In this document: positions 22,076 to 36,008 of the stretch, one piece after another | Layout of the letters: every line of letters begins with the position of its first letter | How positions within the stretch are numbered: the stretch's first letter is position 1 | Assembly (NCBI GenBank): GCA_035084275.1 | Contig: CM068747.1 | Coordinates: 19,716,001 to 19,780,000, forward strand | Source: Hydrolagus colliei | Lineage: Eukaryota | Direction of reading: 5' to 3' | Length of the DNA: 64,000 bases | The notes under the pieces: generated by a model | Told to the model about the DNA's origin: nothing | Database searches by the model: none | The model's input: only the letters and a program-made list of their open reading frames with translations | Made by a program: the position numbers and the translations under genes

Positions 22076-25000
22076 TCCTCTTCTTAAATAAAATAAGTAA
22101 ATCACCCAAATTAATGACTGGGGAAGTATTTCCATTAGTGACAGTATGCCAACTGGAATGAGTAGAAAATATCATTGTATGGGAGAACACTTGAGTGAGA
22201 AAGAATCAGCTGTTTCCGTAGCAATGATATTTTGAGATATCATCTGGAACACCAATATGGAAGGCTCCATAAAATAACAAAACATCTGAATACACTACAT
22301 ATTTTAACAATAAACACAAACTTCAAATTTGAAATAGAAATGTTCTTTTTTTCAAAAGTTTCATGCAGGGTTCCCTTAAGATCAGTGTTAATGTTAATAA
22401 ATGTTGTTGCACACCACAGCATTTTCTAATTTTTCAAAGATTTGCTTCATTGTTTAAGTAAAACAATGTCACAAAGAGCACAGTTGAAAAAATACACAAA
22501 AAGCAGCAGAGAAAGATCAAGAGAACTTAGTAGTGATGATTCTGGGGAATTGGTGTGGTTTCTGACAATAAGATAGAGATTCGAGAAAGGATATAGTATT
22601 TGTAGAGAACAGTGAAGTTATAGAGGGAAGATTAAGGAACAGAAAACAAGAGTGGCAGATAAGAATGAAATACCTGATGGAAATTTGGCATGTCAGGAAA
22701 GGATAACATTTGGATAATGTCCCAGGGCTTCCTTTCCAGTGAGAGGTCTTTACCACATCAGTAAGATTATTACATTGCACCTGTTAAAATAAATCCACAC
22801 TTTTATACTTCTGTGGCCAGAAATTTGAAAATGAATACTGACTACCATGAAATGTGGTATTTGAAATTGTCTGCGTCAAAGATCTCTCAGATGAGTCATG
22901 TGAAGTCATGTTAACTTTATAAATGGGTGTCGAAATGTAAAGTAAATATGAATAGAAAAAGAAAATACTATAATCACATGGAGATAAATGAAAGCATTTT
23001 GCGTTCATTTGTGTAATATTTTACATCCAGTGTTGTTCAAGCAAAACGTGACAGCCCAGTTTAGATGACCAGCAAATACAATACGTGATTGAAACAGCAG
23101 GAGGTTGATGGTTGAATAAAATTAACCATCAAGCTGAGTAAAGAGTCTGACACAAATGGATGGGAGAAAGCTGAAGAGGGATGTGTATTTAATACTCTGC
23201 ATAAATATTCTTGTCATGAATTCTCATTATTAATAATAAAAATCACATTAAAAAGCATTGAAACAAGATATTCCTGCACTACTATTCAGAAATAATCCCG
23301 ATAAGATGAAATCTGTAATTGCATGTTCTTTTCTAATGCCAGATAAAGATGATGTGCTGGAAAATTTGAATGACAGGCATTCAGCCAGCCCATTAATAGC
23401 TCTCAGAGCAGTATCTGGAGAAAAGCTCAATCTGTTCATCATAATGTTCCCAGTGAAAAGTGCTACTTAGATTGGAAGCAACATACAAACTGTCAGCATT
23501 CTATTTATGTGACTTTTGATCTTAAAGCAAGGTTCCCTGATAGAACTTTAAATTATAGGCACACTGAATGTAAAACCAATCACGGTTTCAACCCTGTGGC
23601 ATGTATAATTTGTCTGCAGTGCTCAAATAGAATATTATGTGTACATTGAACAGCACTGCATTTAAATGCACCAGGGTACTCAACAATTAAATATAAATAC
23701 ACTAGAGAATCCAGTTTGATGCATAAATGGAGGTTCTACAGCCATGGCTATAAAGAAATGTAAATTCGTTGAAACAATAATGATGAAATATTTCAAGATT
23801 CAGGAACTTTACTTTACTACCACGAGGAAAGCCTGGAGCTGTCAAAGGATGAACTGAAGTATGAAAGTGAGATGGTGAAAAGTTTTGTCTGTAAGTATCA
23901 CTTTTCCGAGCAGACAGAAGAAATGGCGGCATTTTCCTTATTTTAACTGCAGTTTCCACAACAATATATAATCTGGAAAATGACCTCCATAAATCTTGCC
24001 TATCAGTGGAGAGAGCTACTGTGGATGTCCACTGCTAGACATCAATGGACTCTTGAAGCTGTTGCTTCACTTGTCTGCGTCAGCACCTCCTATCCGCAGA
24101 CATCTGCAGGTCATCTTACTTGTTTGAAGGAAATATATGATATTTTTCCATCCATTTAGTTTTCTCTCTCACTCTTAGCTGCTGTTCCTCTCCACAGTTA
24201 AGAACCATCTGCTACATATAAAATTCAGAGTATTTGTAAAATGTGCACTACTGTAGGAATTCAAATCCTATTAGCATTCTGCTTGTTTTAACTAGCAGGC
24301 ATTTAGCTTTGTCAGTCATGCTTTTGTTAACAGACAGTGCTTAACTACCACTGGTAAAATCATGACAAGGTTTTCTTCAGCAGTGTATCTCATTAACGGA
24401 AATTTGACAGTTAAGCAAAAACATGATTTTGTGCATGAAAATATTCTTATTGTTTAAAGAGTTTTTTTTTACTACTGAGTTTTGACAGATCAAAAAATCC
24501 CACCATGGAAAATAACATATCCATCTGTTTCTACCTCATCTGGTGGTTATAATACACACATGTGTAAGAGTAGGTACTGGTCTTCTTGTTACCTATTCAA
24601 TAAGATTCCACAGTACATAGATCACTTCAAATGATTTTTCAGATGACTTGTTTGAAAGTGTTGTCTATGTGGTCATATTTTCCATGCAAATGAAATTTAA
24701 TGACATTTGTTGTATGTAATAGCTTGTGGGTACCACAGGGTGGTAGGAGATGTGCATTTTCCTAAATGTCCTCCTATTCATGTTCCGTGTTGCTTATTTC
24801 TGTTTGCAAATGGACAGGAGTAATGATTAGAATTCAGATAATATTGAATAAGAATTAAAAAACTATACAGATATTCTAGAATTCATTTGGGGTGGATATT
24901 TTTAATATATGTTTCATTTCGCATTTTATTTGAAAGAACCTGAAATTCAGGACTTTGAATTTCAGTATGTGAAATGTTATGGTTAATCTCATAAATTCAT

Positions 25001-26892
25001 TTTATATGGGTTGTGGTGAACTAAATTACAGAATTTCCACAGAGATGGTTGGTAGAAGGTGCTCAGATATTGAAAAATTCACTTGCAAGTGTGATTCATT
25101 TCCTTTAATGTCCCAGTGTTCCTCGAAAAACATATTATCAGATTTTGGTTTTGGTTTAACAATCAAACTGCAGTGAAAGTCAATTAAATGCAAATTATGA
25201 AAAAAAATGATATACTCCCAAATGCACAAATTTGTAAGCTTCAGTAAAATTCTATAAACATTCGTCAAACCCAACAATATTTTCAAAAGACATTTATATT
25301 GTGATAACGGTTGTTTGACAGAAACAAAACCATTTATTTAGAACCCATACAGCCATCGCCAGTTCCAGTGAACCATGAAATGCGAACAAGAAATGTAAAA
25401 TTCTTACATAATCACCCAATAAGACTTAACTTCAAACTCTGAAATGAAAACACAGGAAAAACGATGAGCATGGGCTAGTGCTCTGGAAATGTAAATGGAA
25501 CAGAATTTTGTAAAAAAAAATTGACATGTAGAAAATATTTTCTTAAAAACTTTATAGTAGAAAAATGATAGTGAAAATAACGCATAATTGTATCTTACAT
25601 GATGCAATTTTCACACTTTGAAATGGTAGTGTGAATTACAACTGAGTTCAGAGATCATGGTTCTGTCGCAGAAAAGAAGTCCTTACTCTTCGTGCTGTCT
25701 GTAATACTCATACTACATTGAATATTTTTCTGCTTCAGGAAATCTATCTCATAGTCCTACATGGAATGCACATAATAATAAAATTGGAGTGGGGTGGGGG
25801 AGGTAAGCACAATCAAAGAGGTTTTAAGCACCTGGACCATTTGCCCTAAACATTATGCTGCTAAAATTTGAATTGTGTGCAATTTATGCACAAGTTACTT
25901 AGATTTTTTTTAATTAAAAGGGGTAGTTTTATTAATCCAATACCAGTTTGTTAGGAAATTGAACCCAATTATACAAATATCCTTCTCCACCCCCCCCCTC
26001 CCCCCCCCCACCCCACCCCCATACACCCCCTTCTCTCGACCACACGCAGCCTTATAATGAACCTAGTCACCACAAGTAGACATCAATAATAATATTGTAA
26101 CCTATTAATATTCTAAAATCTATGTAACAATAAAAAAAGCACTTAGCTGCCTCAAATATTGCATATTTAACATAATGTAAACAGAAAATTTGCTATCGTT
26201 TAGCCATGAGCCACATATTTTATTTTAAAGGTAATTGTTGTAAAATGATTTGTTTTTCTTGTTTAATGTGTTTCTCTTTTTTTAAATTCAATTATTTTGT
26301 ATTGTATTGAGCTCAAGTCCACATCCAGCGTTGGAGCAACTAATAGTTTCATGCAATGTGTTCATATCTCCTGTAAAAGAGACTTTCATATGTGGGATGT
26401 GTTTCAAGTACAGTACTTTGACACAGAGTAAATTCGAATGAGCTAATATACAAATGTATACACCATGACATAATGGCAGAGCTGATTACGCATATACAGC
26501 TTTTTTTTCCTTTCAGCAAATTACTGTTTTACATAAAACCCTACAACTGTTTGTACCTGTCTGTAACAAGGCTGAGCAAATGTTTCAGTCCAATCGTTGG
26601 ACTTTTTAGTGATCTTATCAAACTTGCTTGAAAGTAGAAACCTAAACTTCTAGTTTGAAATTGTTTTACAGCTGAATGATAAACAATGTAATGATCCCTA
26701 TTTAGGGCTACTATGAAAATAAATATTCATTACTTACTTCTTGAGACTCGTCTTCTTTAGTTTTTCCACCGGAGCTCATTGTAAACAGCCGTATTGACCA
26801 TAATCTTTTGTGATCTTCTATCGTAGGGATTTTTTTCAGTAATAGTCTACTCAGGTATTCTATCATCTTTCAGTTATAATTTGTGTAATAAA

Positions 26893-27300
26893 AATAATAA
26901 GAATAACCCTTGCATTTGATATAATAATAATCCTTACATTTGATATACCGCCTTATCACATCTTCAAGACGTCTCAAACCGCTTCACAGAATATACTGTA
27001 AAGAGAATTAAATGTATATTTTGTGGGTGAAGTGCAGCAGCCAATTGCACACAGCAGCGTCCCACAAAACGTCATGGATTGAGTGACCAATTTATTATTC
27101 ATAATTATTTTTATGAGAGGATTATTATACATGGAATAATGATCCTCCAATTGACTAACTACTGGGTTCTTACTTACTGCTAGATAAACAAAGGCATATA
27201 GAGTATGCAAATTTGCCAACATTTTGCCCTGCCCAGCAATGGAATCCAGGTCCTCTTGCTTGCGATGCGAGTGCTCTAATGAACAAGCTATAGGACTTCA
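26893..27300 (-). mobile_element. tRNA-headed SINE (family S1) with duplicated 3' end and internal insertion
   Basis: Two tandem tail ends (AATAACCCTTGCATTTGATAT and AATAATCCTTACATTTGATAT), the S1 body, ~60 extra bp at ~27129-27190, then a decayed head. Confidence 0.85.
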
Positions 27301-27999
27301 TGTGTATTAACTAACTAATAATTTTTTTTAAGCATAATTTCCAACCTATTGAAAACAGAAGTAATTAAGATCTATACTAGTTTAATAAAAGGTATCATAC
27401 AAATTACTTTATTTTAATTATTAAAAAAATTAATTTAACCATTACCATGGTGAGATTCTTTGTCAATCTAAATTCTCTTCCATGGTTGAAAAACGCTTTC
27501 AAATAACTGAAGCTGTGGACAGCAGGATAATTGTAATGATGAACCATACAACCAAAGATTTTTAGCCAAAATATATTTATTTTATATTGCTATTCATAAT
27601 CTATCTGCATTCATTGTAAAACAATTTGGAAACATTTGGCTCATTGGTAGAATGCAGGAGTTTTGCTTGTGACATTTGTTTTTTCATCCAGATGATTTTT
27701 TCATTCAAAACATAGAATGCATTGCCACAAGTGGCTATTAAGGCAAAGACCCAGATTGATGTCGGGCTGCACTGTGTTTGCTCATTTCAGTGAGGGCAGG
27801 TATGATATAGGTATGATCAAGAGAACTATGCAACCAAAGCTTCCCCTGCTGATGGTGTGTATATTGTGGAATGTTGAGCGAGGACAAGGTGAAGCTTTGC
27901 AGACATCTCTGTGGGCAAATAAAGTAGCAATATTCACAGTAAAGGTTTAGATATGAATAATGACTTCTTGAGAAATTTGGGGGTAGAGGTCACTGTCAT

Positions 28000-28378
28000 T
28001 TTTGGAAACTTACACCAGTCGAAGCAAAAATGAATCAAATGATTCAATGAAAGATTATCTCCACTGTCTAGTAAGTCGATAAGAAGGGGCCATGAACTCA
28101 GGTTTGTAACTGGAAGAGTTAAGTGGGAGGTTGAAAGAAACTTTTTCATGCAGATCATTAATATAACACAGAACGCCTTGCCACAAGTGATTATTGAGGC
28201 TGAGACCATTACACTCAAAGGGAAACTGGATAAACATTTGAAAGGATGAAAATAAAAGGCACCATGAAAAGGGTAGGGAATTGGGATTAGAGGAATTGGC
28301 TCCAGTGGAGGAACTGGCACCAGAATAGACTTTATTGGCTGAATGAACTCCTCCTCAGCTACAATTTCTGTGATTCTA
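28000..28378 (+). mobile_element. CR1-like LINE 3' fragment
   Basis: GGGGCCATGAACTCAGG..GATTATTGAGGCTGAGACCATTACACTCAAAGGGAAACTGGATAAAC..GGCTGAATGAACTCCTCC..TTCTGTGATTCTA. Confidence 0.75.
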
Positions 28379-28704
28379 GGAAAGGATAAAATTAGCACAA
28401 AAAAATATTTCCATCAAACTTAGGTTTGAGTGAATATACTGAAATGAACAACCAGTTCTGTATAATGTAAACAAAGCCAAACTCACCATGATTAAAATGC
28501 AGTTCAACTCAATATAAAATATTGTTCTCCTCCCCAACTCTTCCTTTCTTCCTTGCTTTCCGTCCAATTACATTAAACATGAAAAAATTACGCAATGTAG
28601 CTTTACTAGTTATAACTCTATTTGATATTTTGAAATCTGATTAATGAAACAAAAGGGAATCTGTATTTGGACTCTGAACAACAATATCAAACAAGTTGTG
28701 AGGA

Positions 28705-28777
28705 GGACATCATCACTGAACATCTCCCGACGTGAAAGGCGCTTTATAAGTGTAATTTGTTGTTGTTGTTGTTGTTG
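28705..28777 (+). mobile_element. L2 extreme 3' tail
   Basis: ACATCTCCCGACGTGAAAGGCGCTTTATAAGTGTAATT(TGT)n. Confidence 0.8.
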
Positions 28778-29794
28778 AACTTAAATCATCAGTAACCATT
28801 TTAGTTAAATCCATAAAGTAAAGCAATGTTACATTCACTTGATGCTTTTGAACATTCTTTTCTTATTTAAATGTAATATTACAATATTGGCTAACATGAG
28901 ATTTTATAACTGCTTTGTAGAACTATTCATCATCTCTAATATTTAAGGATTTTGTTTTGCTACAAGCCAACCAAAATAATTTTAACTAAATCACTGAGTT
29001 TATTTTGGAAAAGTTAGCGGTGTTCATTACCAATGACTTGTCTAATTTAAACAGATTATGACCATGTCATAGCACATGAAAGTTAGAATAAAAAGCACAT
29101 ATGTAACTGGTCACGCATGCATAACCAGAAAATGATGAGAAATACTACTTGCAAACAAAGGAGAGCGGCAAATGCATTTCAGGATCTGACATTACAGACG
29201 CCTGGCTTCTGTGGAATTCTGACACTGTGCACACAAATCTTGAGATCTATTTCCCATTAGCATTTGTTATTTAGTGAGCCTGTCATCTCTGTTTCCTGTT
29301 ATACTATTAGCCAGATTATAAAATAACACCTGTCTGCAGAAAGATTATAGGCTTGCTGTACTTTTTGTTCCATTCTTTCAACTTTTGATGTAACCAAGGT
29401 ACAACATTTGTCTGCACCTAACTCTCAGGTAAGTATTACATTGTTTCTAACTCTTTAAGCCACACTGGCCTGCAGCAGTGTTTGATTAAGTATAGGGATC
29501 ATCAATAAGATTGCATAATCAAAGTACAAGCTCAAACATATCTAGCTGATGCAGCTGCTAAAACCGAGGAGATAGAGGCCTGGGTGCCACATTGAGTCTT
29601 AAAATATGATATTCAGTATTATACGCTTAGAGGCAGAAATGAAGTTTTACTGGTATCAGGAAGTGTATCACGCCCTGGGAACTCCATTCCTTTATTATTC
29701 ACAACCAGAGTAGCATCATAGTTGTCATAATGCAATTTCATTTACTGGCAGAAGTCACTATTTGCAACTCCTGTTATGAATATCATTGGGTTAG

Positions 29795-29905
29795 CACGCC
29801 AGCCAATCTTTCACTGCTGGATTTAAGTTCAGATTCAGCCCAGCCTGATGGAATGAAATATAAGTAAATTTGGGAAGTCTCAAGTAGTTTCTATTGAGCA
29901 TGGCA
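29795..29905 (+). mobile_element. Possible LF-SINE-related relic (5' part)
   Basis: CTTTCACTGCTGG..GTTCAGATTCAGCCCAGCCTGATGG..TTTGGGAAGTCTCAAGTAGTTTCTATTGAGCATGG resembles the recalled LF-SINE head (CCTTTCACCTCT..GTTCGAATCCAGCCCAG..GTCTCAGTCCAGTTCCTAGTGG). Confidence 0.45.
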
Positions 29906-30224
29906 GCCTCATTCAGATCCAGCTGATGTTTGTGCGGGAAATGGCCCACTATTATAGCAGAGTGCTGTTCTGAAGTGAGAGTTGGAGCAGTTATGCTGAC
30001 TAGAATAGAAGTGTACTCTGGATATGATAAAGATAAGGATATAATTAATTTAACCTGCGACTTGCCCTCATTTCAGAAACAAAGAACTTGAAAAAAGTGA
30101 TCACATCAAATGTTTCTAGTGCTATATAGCACTAGAAACACTATTGGCTAGTGTTTTTGCAGCAAAACCATTACAATCATTTGGGCCAGCAAGGTCCCCA
30201 AATAGCCATGGCTTAATGTCTCTG

Positions 30225-30475
30225 TCCGGAGGGTTGTTGGCCAGGAAACCAGGAGAAGCTTTGCTCTCATTTTGAATAGTGTCATGGAACTTTAACATCC
30301 TCACAAACAGGCAGACAGGACCTTGATTAAATGTCTCATCCAAAGGACAACACTTCTAACAATGTGGCACTCAGCACTGTACTGTCAGTCTGACTATAAC
30401 CCTGACACAGGGCTTGAATCCATAACCTTCTGAACTAGAGGCAAGAATGCTTAGCAACTGATTCAAACTGACACG
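30225..30475 (-). mobile_element. Deu-domain SINE, head and core
   Basis: Reverse homologue of 16387-16625: TTGGCCAGG..TTTGAATAGTGTCATGGAACTTTAACATCC..GTCTCATCCAAAGGAC..GGCTTGAATCCATAACCTTCTGA..GAGGCAAGAATGC. Confidence 0.8.
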
Positions 30476-33400
30476 TCATTCTTTCATTTGCTTTCTCTTT
30501 TTATTTCTGCCTGCATAACTGGAGCAACCATTTGTAATTATACAAATTGTAAATCTTCTTTATATTCTATAAAGTAACAGCTGTAAATTTAGTCCGAGCT
30601 GTAACATTGCCTTAAGGACCACAATGAAATCAGACCTCCTTAATTAGTCTAAACCTTGCAAAAAAAAAATCATATAAAATGACCTGACAATACTGTGTTA
30701 ACTTCAGTTAATTGAGATAAAGAATGTTGTGTTGTGTATCACATTCTACCTCTAACTTCATAAATAAAACTTTCCATATGGGAAACAATGAATCAGTCAA
30801 GCAGAAATCACTCATGGCACATCATCTAACTATGTCCATGCATTAGAACACCCAAATAATAATATGAATAATGTTGAATAATCAAAGGTAAGGATGTCTT
30901 CTTTGTTTAGAAAAAACACACACACCATGGAGGTTAATATGAAATGTGGATAGCTATTTTGTGCAGAAATCAATTGAAGGGTATGAGAAACAGAGACATG
31001 TAGGACTTGTTTCCACTTTGGGATTTGCCTGGTGAACCATAGTCTTTTGTCGTCTTGTGCATTTCCTCTGAAAATAATGTGATATTTTTAATAAGCTGTA
31101 ATAACAATCCTTTGTGCTGCATTTGGTAGCAGCTAGCAAAGAGTGACAAACTAAATATTGCACAATAGAAAACATATTTTGCAATGCAAAGCATCTTTTA
31201 AATGTCACTTATACCTTGACAATCTCGGGTAAGTGAGACTGCAAAGCATAGATTCAATTGCTGCTAATTAAAAACCTCATCAGTTTGTGATCAATATCCA
31301 TCCAATCTGTATATTTTGTTAAATGACTTCACATCGACATTGAGGACACTATAAAAAGCATAATGTCAATAATGTAATTGAGGCAAGAGTTACCAGCAAG
31401 AATAGATTCTTTCTGCTCACAATGCTGTTTAAGAGATATTCAACATATTTGCAACTTATTTCCCAGTTTCTCTTCCCCAATATCTAAAACATTCCATAAC
31501 GCCAGATATTTTCTCAGAACGATACCTATACTATTGTGCAAGATGAATACGAATAATCCCCATCACTAGAAGCAGCTGCTGTTGCCTGAATTCAAGTATA
31601 ATCTCAAATATCAATTGAATAAGAAAATTAAAATAACATACCACTATTTGTAGACTTAATTTAAACATCCTAGAATTATGGCTTTGTATGAAAATCTGCA
31701 AGGATGAAATTCCACCCAGGTTTAGATTTGCTTTCCTTTAGTAGCATTTTGAAAGCATTTGGAATTAGACAAGTTGTTTAATTCAGTCTTAACTTTGAAG
31801 CTGTTTTTGTGGAGTTGTTTGAAGACTTGAACCACAAAACGGCTTTAAACTGATGACTTGGATATAACAATCTGCTCAATTATGGGCACTGAAATTATAC
31901 AAAGAGAATCAATCTAAACCCAGGCGAAATTTCTCTGCCCCTCCAATTTGATCAGAAGATCAGAAGATTGATGTTTATTAACAACTGAAAATGTTATGGC
32001 AAATGTTTTGTGTTCAAAAAAATTCAAGGTTTACTGATTTTATCATAACATTTTAAAATCATGTAGGGGGTTTAAGGTTAATGTTGAAGTTGGTTACCAG
32101 TGAATACAATGAAAGGATCACATGAAAACATGTTTTGATTGGTATGAAAAACAAATAAACTCCAAGCAGCATTCTATAGAGTCTTACGATAAAATGCTGC
32201 TAAAGCATATCAGGCTCGAAATCTCAGCAAGTGATCAACCATGAGAGGGATTCTCTTGTCTTCATTGATTTGCAAAGTTTTCATCAGTGTTCTGAATATT
32301 TTTATCATCCTCATATTCATTTTGAGTTTTAATGGTCGCAGTGTTTTAGAGCTTAAACATCTGATTTTACAACAATTGTTTCTTTTTTAACATTATGGAC
32401 AGGATGACTTAGTACTACAATGTGAAAAATGTAAGTTTTCAAAAATATATAAACAGCTTAAAATGTTGAATAGTATTTATAAATATGTACTGTAGTTACT
32501 CACAGTCACATTATGGCAAGCCTTCATTTTCACAAATTCTGTTTCTCATGTTAACAGTCTCAAAAACAATCTAAACCCTGTGGCCTGAAATACTTTATGG
32601 TGACTTTAAGATAATCATACATTCAATTATTTTGAACTATGAGAAGTCCTAGAAACATGGCAAATAAAATCAACATGATCTTTACTTGAAAAGAAACATG
32701 CTCAGATGAAAACTACAAACGGAATTTTGTATGGGAGTATTGAATTGTGTTTTTATCTTCAAAAATAAATAAAATGTATTTGTGTGAAGGTAATTAATAA
32801 GAATGAAATATATGTGTACGTATAATAAAACCACTTGGTAAGATACTTAAAAAAAACTAGGATCACCCTCCCCCAAAACAACCCAAATTCAAGCAACAGC
32901 TGGAAAGCTTAGTCTAAAGTCCTGTACTTAAATGTGGGTAGGTCACAGAGTACTGATCTAAGGATGTTGAAGTCTTGCTCACCCGACTGTTGACACTTAG
33001 TAAACGTAGAAGGAGGGACTTGTGTGTGCATCTGCGAAAGCATAAGCCCAACAGTAGAAAGAATAGGAAGCTACTGCTATTCATGATTTGCAGGGGTCCT
33101 TCTGAATCAGTGGGGAAAGGCAACAAGCCCTCCACCACCTCTGCATTAACTTGTATTATAACAGGATTAAAGTAAATTTAGCTCCTGTATTAGCATACTT
33201 TAACCCCATTCACTCTTACTTGATGTTTCCGATGGCCTTTGATCAGCCTTGCATGGTGCTGGTCAACTCAGGACGAAGCAGTCAGAAGTGAGACTGTGAA
33301 ATTATCCTGATGTTGGATCTCACAAGAGATGTTTGTGGCAGCTTTCATCCACTTACAGAAGACACTCTTATATGCAGCTTCTCTCATGTCTCTGAAAGTA

Positions 33401-34139
33401 ACTTCTAATCTCAGCAGAAAGTGGCCAGTAGTCATTCAGGCAATTCTTGATCTAAGAAACCGGTTTTAAAATATACATTGTATTTTGCCACATAGTAATA
33501 ATATTTCTCAGGCTTATCCTCTGATTTATTTATTTATTCATTTGCATATAAATTAAACCGATATTGTAGCTTCAGGCATGTTGTGCACAAGAACATTAGC
33601 AATACTAGAGTTCTTTGTCTCACATCTACATGCAGTTAGTCATATGATAGGATGGGGAAACTAGATTTAATTTGTACTATTTTCTTTGTTTGTTTCCTTT
33701 CAGTGGGTTTATTTTTAAAGTCATTCACTGCCACTTGCCATAGATCAAACCACAAAATAGTTTGATTAATTCATGTAATTTTGATACAAATTAACTGTTT
33801 GATGTAAATGACCGATAACTAAAAGTCCTCTACATCTACAACATTCAAATATCTGATCTATTTTTGCCCCTAAAACATCTCGTGTGAAAAAAGTATCTCA
33901 CGTAGATACTAAACATGGCTTTATATATTTATAGGTGGAACTTATTTATAAAATTACATGAACCATTTAGATGGTAAAAATGTGTCTTTACATATCTATA
34001 GGAGATAAATATATACACCAGATTTTAGTCAATCCAGTGAAGCTGATGAAATTAAATATATACACCGATCAAAAAAGTGTATGATTGGAATTATAATTTA
34101 TTATAAATTTATTGTAGATCATCATAAAATATAATATAT

Positions 34140-34458
34140 AATAATATAATAATCGTTCTTGCATTTGAAATAGCGCCTTTCACTTCTTCTAGTCGCCTCA
34201 AAGCGCTTTACAGAATATATTGTAAAGTGAATTGATTGTACATTTGTGGGAAAAACGCAGCAGCCAATTGAGCACAGCATTGTCCCACAAACAGTCATGT
34301 ATTGAACTGACCAATTTATTATTGTTTTTTTTCATCAGGGATTATTATCTGGCATGTGGAGTAAGGAAACTTGCCCAAGGTTTTGCCCTGCTGGGAATCA
34401 AACTGAGTTCTCTTGCTTGCAAGATGAGTGCTCTAACCACTGAGCTACAGGACTCCAT
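34140..34458 (-). mobile_element. tRNA-headed SINE (family S1), full length
   Basis: Shared tail, body and head TGCTTGCAAGATGAGTGCTCTAACCACTGAGCTACAGGACTCCA. Confidence 0.88.
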
Positions 34459-35207
34459 ATACTGTACTATGTAAACTATATATAACATGAAACAGTCCCT
34501 TTATGCTGCGTGTGTGTGATTATGTTAGCAGTTGGTAATCAACCTCTTCCACCAAGTAAACCTTAGTAACGAGTGAAAAGAATCCTTATTATGACAATGA
34601 ACTGACAATTACTTGTAATTATTGCTTGCATAAATGAAAAAAGCTGTTAAATTGTTTCATTAGCACAGACACATTTTCTCAAAGTAAAATACTTGATATA
34701 CGTATTACATGATTCTGAAAGTTTCTTTTTGCCAGGCTAATTTTCCATGGCCAGAAACATAAATATATATTGCGATCACTTTTACAGTTAAAATGATTGT
34801 ACCATTTTACAGAATCTTTTTCTGATATCAATAAAAACAATGTATAATAATAACCCTTGCAATTGATATAGGACCTATAATATCAAGAACATTTCAAAGA
34901 GTTTTAACTATTTTCTGTCAGGTTCAGTGATTCATCTTTAGGTGAATGTACATAAAAGTCTCCGTGGGCATTTTGAATAACACTGTTTACCACAGTATGG
35001 TCTGAACTCATTTAGCTAATCTTTAAGCAATTTTCCTATTTTTTTGCAAATGATTATTATGTCATTAATAAAATCATGTATTCTTTTAATTTTGCTTAGT
35101 TTTATTATAAACAGATGAACAGAGTTATACTCACAGGAAAGACTAACATCATATAATTACTAAATGTTGTTGAAAAGTCACACTTATGCCTACATAAAAG
35201 TCACTAT

Positions 35208-35487
35208 TTATGCCTCGCCTGCCCCACCATTGGCAAGCAGGCCTTGATACACTCGGCACCCACCCTCTGGAACACCAGCCTACAGTCCCTCTGCCTCGCC
35301 CCATCCCTTGCTTCTTTCAAGACCCAACTCAAGGCCCTCCTCTTCAACTGTGCTTTCGATCCTTTGCCCCCAGCCCTCCACCCACCTCAATCCTAACCCC
35401 TTGCTCAGGTTTGAAATACTGTCTGTCCAACCCCTTGGGACACCGACGTGAAAGGCGCCATACAAATGTAATTTGGTGTTGTTGTTG
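35208..35487 (+). mobile_element. L2 LINE 3' fragment
   Basis: CCACCATTGGCAAGCAGGCCTT..CTCTGGAACAC..GACGTGAAAGGCGCCATACAAATGTAATTTGG(TGT)n. Confidence 0.85.
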
Positions 35488-35829
35488 TATATCATACAAG
35501 ATACTACAATCTTTTTGTTTTAAAACATTTATATCTAATTTATGATTTCAAAAATCATTAGGAATTTATTCTGCATACAAAAGCAGTAAGTACTATCAAT
35601 AACCACATGAAACAATGATAAATGGAAGCTGTAGTTTTTACAAAATCTATATGACTATTAATTTTAATAAGATGCATTTTCTGACAGGTTCATGACTAGT
35701 CAAAAATCTGATTCAAGATATGTGCCATAATATTGGATTATATTTCAGAGAAATCATAGCCAACTATCAAATAGAAGCAGTGAGTTTAATTTGTATTTTG
35801 GTCAATATTCCTCTCAAGTTCATTATGAA

Positions 35830-36008
35830 ATTAATTGGTCATTTATCTGATCGCTATTTGGAGGAAATTGTTATTGTAGATTAGCTACCACATTTTCCTG
35901 TGTAACAATAGTACTGAACTTCAAGTAACGTATTGTATAAAAACACTTTAAGACTTTTTTCATGCTAAGCACTATATCAAACGCAAAGAGTATGATTGTT
36001 ATTATTAT
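35830..36008 (+). mobile_element. Old SINE 3' half
   Basis: TTGGTCATTTATCTGATCGCTATTTGGAGG..AAACACTTTAAGAC..GCACTATATCAAACGCAA(ATT)n. Confidence 0.55.
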
